This document shows positions 29,601 to 32,000 of a stretch of DNA of 32,000 nt, one piece after another. The DNA comes from Trichodesmium erythraeum IMS101 (GTDB lineage: Bacteria; Cyanobacteriota; Cyanobacteriia; Cyanobacteriales; Microcoleaceae): positions 2,220,001 through 2,252,000 of the forward strand of contig NC_008312.1 in NCBI RefSeq assembly GCF_000014265.1, given 5' to 3'. Made by a program: the position numbers and the translations under genes. The notes under the pieces are model-generated. The model ran no database searches. It was not told the DNA's origin and was given only the letters and a program-made list of their open reading frames with translations. Numbering within the stretch: the first letter of the stretch is position 1; every line of letters starts with the position of its first letter.

Positions 29601-29795
29601 ACCTTGAGTTAATCTAAATTCTGTTAATTGTTTACTGTCAAATAAAACCTTAAAATTAGTTACCATTTCAGATTCAAATGACAGAACCCATCCACTTAAA
29701 CAAACAGTTTCATTTTCTATTGCTAGTTGGTCTAAAAATCCAGTAGTTGCTGCTAGTTGTTGAGGTTGTTTATCTGCCATTTCAAATTTTTCCAT
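23655..29795 (-). CDS. Giant multidomain glycan-assembly/modification enzyme: X-sulfotransferase-X-SAM MTase-X-X-SAM MTase-repeat/coiled-coil-GT2-GT2
   Basis: Uninterrupted 2046-aa ORF. Approximate domain map in nt:
- X1 29433-29741.
- Sulfotransferase 28770-29360 (HVPKAAGTAF PAPS-type motif).
- X2 28385-28705.
- MTase-1 27610-28300 (VLDFGCGCGRV).
- X3 27195-27510.
- X4 26670-26995.
- MTase-2 25990-26660 (VLEIGCGIGNI).
- E/K repeats and coiled coil 25480-25935.
- GT2-1 24590-25205 (ISILTPTWN, IVDDGS, LLDHDD).
- GT2-2 23800-24435 (ISLIIAIPN...). Confidence 0.9.
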   Translation of the reverse strand: MEKFEMADKQPQQLAATTGFLDQLAIENETVCLSGWVLSFESEMVTNFKVLFDSKQLTEFRLTQGIPSPGVKKAHPNISAADNARFIIRLPMNKQQQQEFKDSLIILIPLVKNREGEPLLNGVTPALSSLLKTSETNDLPTTTPQVELISVHVPKAAGTAFRQVLLQVYGTQGVLTDKTNMFEDNMPATIHWQTKVIEGHFRAGKYDKLFPNAYRITWLREPIHRLISDYCFRHMSNPTQDHLNKESLLKFAQGNSNLMAYCVNAKSLDYFDFIGITEHFAEDLLELKSIFGWCDYEVIYQNRNPYPEYIEFQKKVLSDKKLMDELAVANSQDMELYEAALNLRKTPRKKLSFISSPLQKYKTVATVGNLEVAEIKNQQLNLSGWAASFNSGLVDSFEVTVAGQKLINFEQFLGLSSPDVKKTFPHLDSAEVARFHLLVTLSQTQIEEFIGSVVALTPFFQGRKGLPLLKVISPVDGRDKAVNYKVINQDKNVAPHLVLPDGKSISFPLKNLVTRVHGDSEISAFLEVGRQISIDIRTALQKIGKNFSEFKSVLDFGCGCGRVIIWYSSESDSTSLYATDTDTEAISWCQKNIKFAKFNVNQALPPLPYEDNQFDFIYLISVFTDINEEMQLKWLQELERITKPGGVVLITTRQLRSPKEAIEMAPKLVELGLIHMPSSAYKNVFPDWYGITLQTEEYVRNKWVNLFEIVDYFPGGIRGNQNIVLLRKNLKENFDLSPEAIATKPEIINQSPDRKMPDIKLISETGYLEKVEFTNKNELSIKGWVADINNGFLENFKVTFDAIEINSFELKTGIPSPDVKKIHSNLHNSHHARFHIKVSLNSEQVSQFQNYQIDLIPIFKDDQVGVLSKTLDIPKQGTFPEDPILSKQSNCIESIEAINTAGQPLSQSQKSEVENQQYSEQYSAIDKFVTSIVVDSFGYLEKVGIDNQKLVVSGWVGSVKFGSVEDFKVVIGGQKFTSFVQELGLPSPDVAKVRPQLNNAGNSRFRLEISLSQAQLKNCQNSLIVLTPIFSGKEGNILFKLFQPSLPIPNDKYIDGGAKNFIPRSFKFLGDFIQRVALQPTAEVLEIGCGIGNIAYGLSYYLQSPGRYEGFDFSEELISWAQQNITTQKPHCNFRQIDSYLPLPYYAKSFDFVFISSRFTQVGGSEIRNYLDEVYRVVKPGGRLLFNCFLVNHESEKLISKGKSSQPLIHRLQEGFTKDLNAPEKGMGFLESLLLKWVNNSGFDVLGKFYGSWCGRVGCKSYLDMLILEKSEIRKLEPITHKSEFDIQKEEEIGNEEEEKNSEVTSQKLELKIEKPEEIVEIIPTATLIDIQKEEKTGNEEEEKKSELKIEKPEEIVEIIPTATLIDIQKEEKTGNEEEEKKSELKIEKPEKSVEIIPTATSSISLLLTEITADLEKSQTEIQEIQADLEKFKSRNTNTPTQNLFPVKQDKKLLSLAEKTPAKPVAEINNLPGLEDKITDKKLAEVNVNLPGNPKKQKQELLGLSGVTVEKFWEIINLVISIEGKRDFSQPSISILTPTWNSSLDWFVETVLSVLNQSIPDWEWCIVDDGSKQLEIKNVLAGLAEKESRIKVILSEDNGGISAATNKALKMATGEFICLLDHDDTLAPTALENSLSKLAEGFDVVYSDEDKIDFSGLNYTHPFFKPDWSPEYFRGVMYVGHLLCLRREIAVAVGGFKSEFDGVQDYEFMLRVSEQTNKIAHISKHLYHWRQVKGSISGDADAKADIEKLQQAAVNTHLERIGLAAKAEPGLGRHRVNIHPLPRNNYPLISLIIAIPNISENLNQWLENLLSVSSYPENEVILISGNGTDNLIQNPAVKVLSLSGKFNYSCAYNLAAKTAKGEYFVFLNTNLEPTVEDWQTHLLYYAEQSDIGAVGGFLVLPDGTVEDAGIVLGKLGKVNYVMRGFATNDDGYAGSLVCAREVSAVSRKCLMVSRENFELVGGFNEHFFCDYQDVDLCLKLRKKGKRIMFTPRSVLINNKLEKHRQENYDMLDYMLLLDKWQIDMDLGDPYYNVNFDIQQNNYSVLV
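25594..25926 (-). repeat. In-frame 111-bp tandem repeat x3 (37-aa E/K-rich unit) inside the giant CDS
   Basis: gtagctgtaggaattatttccaca recurs at 25594, 25705 and 25816 (period 111 = 37 codons). The unit encodes ELKIEKPEEIVEIIPTATLIDIQKEEKTGNEEEEKKS. Two copies are near-identical and the third is diverged. Confidence 0.95.
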
Positions 29796-30044
29796 ATTAC
29801 TAATATTCTGCTAAATTGTTTGTTACTAAATTATGATTTTTAAGAAGTAGTAAGCTCAGATGAGCAAATACAAAAGATTCCAATTATATGAAGTAAATAT
29901 ATTAATATCTAGTGTGGCCATCTTGCCGGCTCCGGAGTCTACTTCTACCTTGGTAGAATCTGCTGTATTAGTTAATTTACATGAGTGTCTATTGCTGAAT
30001 ATTTGCTAACCCTACGACTTCTACTTTCCGTTTCCTGTTCCCTC

Positions 30045-31889
30045 TTAAAAACTTTTTTCCAATACTAACAAATCTTCTTTAATAGATGAAGTCCGACCAC
30101 ACCAAGAACCATAAGATTTTTCTAGAACATTAAAGCCTCGTTCTTCTATCCATTGTAATATTAGATTTTCCCTAAAACCAATCCCTTTCTCTGGCAGATT
30201 AATATCTATAGTAAAACCATCCTCTATTTCATAAATAAGCTGTTGAGAACTTTTACCTTTAGTAATCAACTCTTCTGATTCTGAATTAATTAAAAAGCAA
30301 ATTAATAAACATCTCCCTCCCGGTTGTAAAACTCTATATATTTCATCAAGAAAATGACGAACTACAGAACTTTGTAAATGAATAAATAAACGGGAAATAC
30401 AAACACAATTAACACTTGAATTAGGATAAGGAAAAATAAAATCATTGGCAGATATTTTACCTGTAGAATTGTAGATACAGTGATAAATATTGTACCAGTT
30501 AAAATTAAAATTCGGCTTACGAGTCGTAATTTCTTGTTTTATCAAGGAAATAAAATCTTCCGTCATATCAAAACCTTGATAACGACCAGAAGGTTGTAAA
30601 TAATGAACTAAAGTATAAGCTACAGTACCAATATTGCAACCAATATCAAGAATATAGTCTGTTGGTTGTAAACCTAATCTTTGAATTAAACTTCCTAATA
30701 ACTTGAAGGAATTATTAATAAATTGATTACTAATATCTTTCCCAACTATTTCTAGATATTCCCTATCTGGCAGTGGTAAAAGAGGTGTTAATGCTGTTAA
30801 TATAACTATACCCTCACCCCTATTAAACAGAGGAATCAAACAAATTAATGAATGTTTTATTTGATTAATTTGTTCTTGATTTAAAAGAACTTTTATGCGG
30901 AATCTAGCATTACCTGCACCAGATAAACTAGGGTGAATTTTTTCCACATCTGGACTAGGTATATTCAGAGTTTGTTCAAAGAAACTAAAATCTTGATTCC
31001 CAACAGAAACTTTAAATCCTTGCACCATACCAGCATCTAAGGAGGCAACCCAACCAGATAAATATAAAACTTGATTTTTAAGTATTACCCGATCGATAGA
31101 ACCCCAAGTAAGTAAAGGATTAATTTTTCGTTTCTTGCCAATAATATCTTTCTTTTCAGAGTTATTTTGAGTATAGTATTGTATCTCTGATGTTTTTTTC
31201 CGCCGCTCCCGTAAACTTAATGCTTCTTGATAAATTTCTATATCTTCGTGATTTATGGCTGATATTTTACCGACTATTTCTTGGTTAGATAATACTTCTT
31301 TAATTAATAATTTATATTCTAAATAAGGATTAGTATTTGGAGCTTCTAATTCATACTCTGACCAATCTAACATTACCTTAAGTTCATATAAATCCTCACT
31401 AAAAAATTCTTGGATACCCACAAAATAAAAATATTTTAGTTGCTCGTTTTGCAGAAAATTTAATTTGATTAGATTCTGCATTTCTGGTTTTTCAGCAAAT
31501 TCTATAAAACTCAAATTAGTATCTTTGGAATTTCCTAAATATTCTTGATCATTTGCTAGTAATATTTGCCAGCTCTTCCAAAAAAAGTAAAGAGAAACTA
31601 ACCGCTTGATCGGATTCCTCAGCCAAATAATTTTTTTAGCTCCCGGAAATTTTTGATTATATTTTGGAGCAGGAAAATGACCATGAATTATTTTGACTTC
31701 TGGCTTTTGTTTGGTTAACATCCGATTCCGAATCTGACCTTTGTGAGGGTAGTCAAAGAAAATTTCTTCTGAGCTATATACCTGTCTAATAACACCCTTA
31801 AATGCAGTACCAGCAGTTCTTGGTATATGAATTGAAATAATTTCTATATTAGTACGATCAGGTTTTATAGTTTGATTTCTTTGGGTCAT
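30045..31889 (-). CDS. Sulfotransferase-X-SAM methyltransferase, paralogue of parts of the giant protein
   Basis: 614 aa. IHIPRTAGTAF (about 31801-31830). X module LYLSGWVAS...PSPDVEKIHPSL...ARFRIKV (about 30795-31095). MTase ILDIGCNIGTVAY (about 30618-30653). The C-terminal half aligns with X4 plus MTase-2 of the giant protein. Confidence 0.9.
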   Translation of the reverse strand: MTQRNQTIKPDRTNIEIISIHIPRTAGTAFKGVIRQVYSSEEIFFDYPHKGQIRNRMLTKQKPEVKIIHGHFPAPKYNQKFPGAKKIIWLRNPIKRLVSLYFFWKSWQILLANDQEYLGNSKDTNLSFIEFAEKPEMQNLIKLNFLQNEQLKYFYFVGIQEFFSEDLYELKVMLDWSEYELEAPNTNPYLEYKLLIKEVLSNQEIVGKISAINHEDIEIYQEALSLRERRKKTSEIQYYTQNNSEKKDIIGKKRKINPLLTWGSIDRVILKNQVLYLSGWVASLDAGMVQGFKVSVGNQDFSFFEQTLNIPSPDVEKIHPSLSGAGNARFRIKVLLNQEQINQIKHSLICLIPLFNRGEGIVILTALTPLLPLPDREYLEIVGKDISNQFINNSFKLLGSLIQRLGLQPTDYILDIGCNIGTVAYTLVHYLQPSGRYQGFDMTEDFISLIKQEITTRKPNFNFNWYNIYHCIYNSTGKISANDFIFPYPNSSVNCVCISRLFIHLQSSVVRHFLDEIYRVLQPGGRCLLICFLINSESEELITKGKSSQQLIYEIEDGFTIDINLPEKGIGFRENLILQWIEERGFNVLEKSYGSWCGRTSSIKEDLLVLEKSF

Positions 31890-31945
31890 AGTAGCAGACC
31901 GAAGCTTGACTTTTATGATAATAAATGAGGGTTATTAACCCTTTT

Positions 31946-31999
31946 TTAGTTAACAGAATATCCAAATTCTCGCAAAGCATCAGCTAAAACCCGATTGCA
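31946..31999 (-). CDS. 3' end of an upstream gene running off the window (17 codons only)
   Basis: Minus-strand frame reads ...CNRVLADALREFGYSVN then TAA (31946-31948). Too short to assign. Confidence 0.3.
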   Translation of the reverse strand, partial: CNRVLADALREFGYSVN

Positions 32000-32000
32000 T

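Overview
AT-rich cyanobacterial chromosome segment. The call rests on at least 14 HIP1 GCGATCGC octamers, heptanucleotide STR arrays, an NblS/Hik33-type kinase and Uma2 genes. Filamentous and Trichodesmium-like is only a guess. All family calls come from motif recognition by eye; no searches were run.

Gene order:
- The 3' end of an intein-containing dnaB.
- A roughly 1.1 kb array of near-identical 290-bp tandem repeats.
- A minus-strand operon: a membrane-anchored NACHT NTPase, a HEAT-repeat ORF separated from it by a single in-frame TAA, and a coiled-coil multi-TM protein.
- Uma2 nuclease, FKBP isomerase, a phasin-like protein and a zinc-ribbon membrane protein.
- nblS/hik33 carrying two lineage-specific insertions.
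- purD, then a serine-hydrolase gene embedded in very AT-rich spacers, then purK.
- A 2.4 kb gene-free stretch with a candidate 6S RNA and a Uma2 pseudogene remnant.
- A CDO-like cupin and selO.
- A decayed IS4-family element with about 165-bp TIRs and a 9-bp target duplication.
- A glycan-modification locus: a 2046-aa single polypeptide (sulfotransferase, two SAM methyltransferases, repeat/coiled-coil spacer, two GT2 domains, four copies of an unassigned ~100-aa module) and a 614-aa paralogue.

Most interesting:
- The giant terminator-ruler-polymerase-like enzyme, its repeated unknown module and its in-frame 111-bp VNTR.
- The interrupted NACHT-HEAT operon.
- The tandem 290-bp array.
- A Cys4 module shared between the NblS PAS insertion and the neighbouring zinc-ribbon protein.

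No rRNA, tRNA or CRISPR array was seen.
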